Positions 63,601 through 64,000 of a stretch of DNA of 64,000 bases are shown here, one piece after another. Source of the DNA: Styela clava. Its lineage: Eukaryota. The first letter of the stretch is position 1. The number at the start of each line of letters is the position of its first letter. Location of the stretch: NCBI RefSeq assembly GCF_964204865.1, contig NC_135253.1, positions 23,684,001 through 23,748,000 of the forward strand, given 5' to 3'. Below the pieces are notes generated by a model, which saw only the letters and a list, made by a program, of their open reading frames with translations, was not told the origin of the DNA and searched no databases. The position numbers and the translations under genes are program-made.

Positions 63601-63814
63601 GGTACTCCCGAAGTGTGTGTACCAGGTTAGGGTTTGGGGCATAATTTTATTCCGGTTTTCCATATTTTAGATCTATTACGAGTTTAGGCACTGTCTGTGT
63701 TATTCAAGTAAATATACCTCCTGCCCATAGGTTTCAGTCCCTTTACCCAACTTCAAGTAAAGTAGGCGAACAAAATTAATTTCCTCCGTGTTGGTACACA
63801 TACTTCTGGAGCGT
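63601..63814 (-). mobile_element. Merlin-like MITE family B, reverse orientation
   Basis: Reverse complement aligns with 29366-29579. Confidence 0.8.
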
Positions 63815-64000
63815 ATTCACGAGTCTCGCTGCACAATAACGCAACTATACTATTCGGCATTGCTACTGAAGCGTTTTAACTAACCAAATTCAGACTTATC
63901 GAAACAAACAATCACATTTTTATAGCGTGTAGAAATACTTTTGTAATAAATCACTTGAACCTCGGGGTCGCGCTCATTGAAAAACACGTACTTGACTAAA

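Overview
AT-rich eukaryotic genomic DNA, most consistent with an invertebrate deuterostome such as an ascidian (inferred from composition, GT-AG introns, gene content and MITE density; not proven). One protein-coding host gene is well supported: a five-exon GDF1/3 (Vg1/univin-like) TGF-beta ligand on the + strand, join(12865..13156,13578..13706,31349..31452,31636..31804,32030..32898), 520 aa. Its 17.6-kb second intron holds an apparently intact hAT/Buster transposon (24576..26889, perfect 8-bp TSD, 586-aa transposase) and a tRNA-Asn(GTT). The rest is a mosaic of non-autonomous elements: a GG...CC-ended, 8-bp-TSD (Merlin-like) MITE clan with TTAGGG telomeric dimers and a YY1-type motif, hAT MITEs, a TTAA-flanked Kolobok-like MITE, tRNA-derived SINEs, Helentron-like fragments, a 37-bp minisatellite and local tandem duplications. 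The most unusual signals are the telomere-motif MITEs, an interleaved pair of inverted repeats at 15.45-16.09 kb and a same-strand CCGGAAGT (ETS) array at 45.8-47.5 kb. None of these is demonstrated to be a new biological system.
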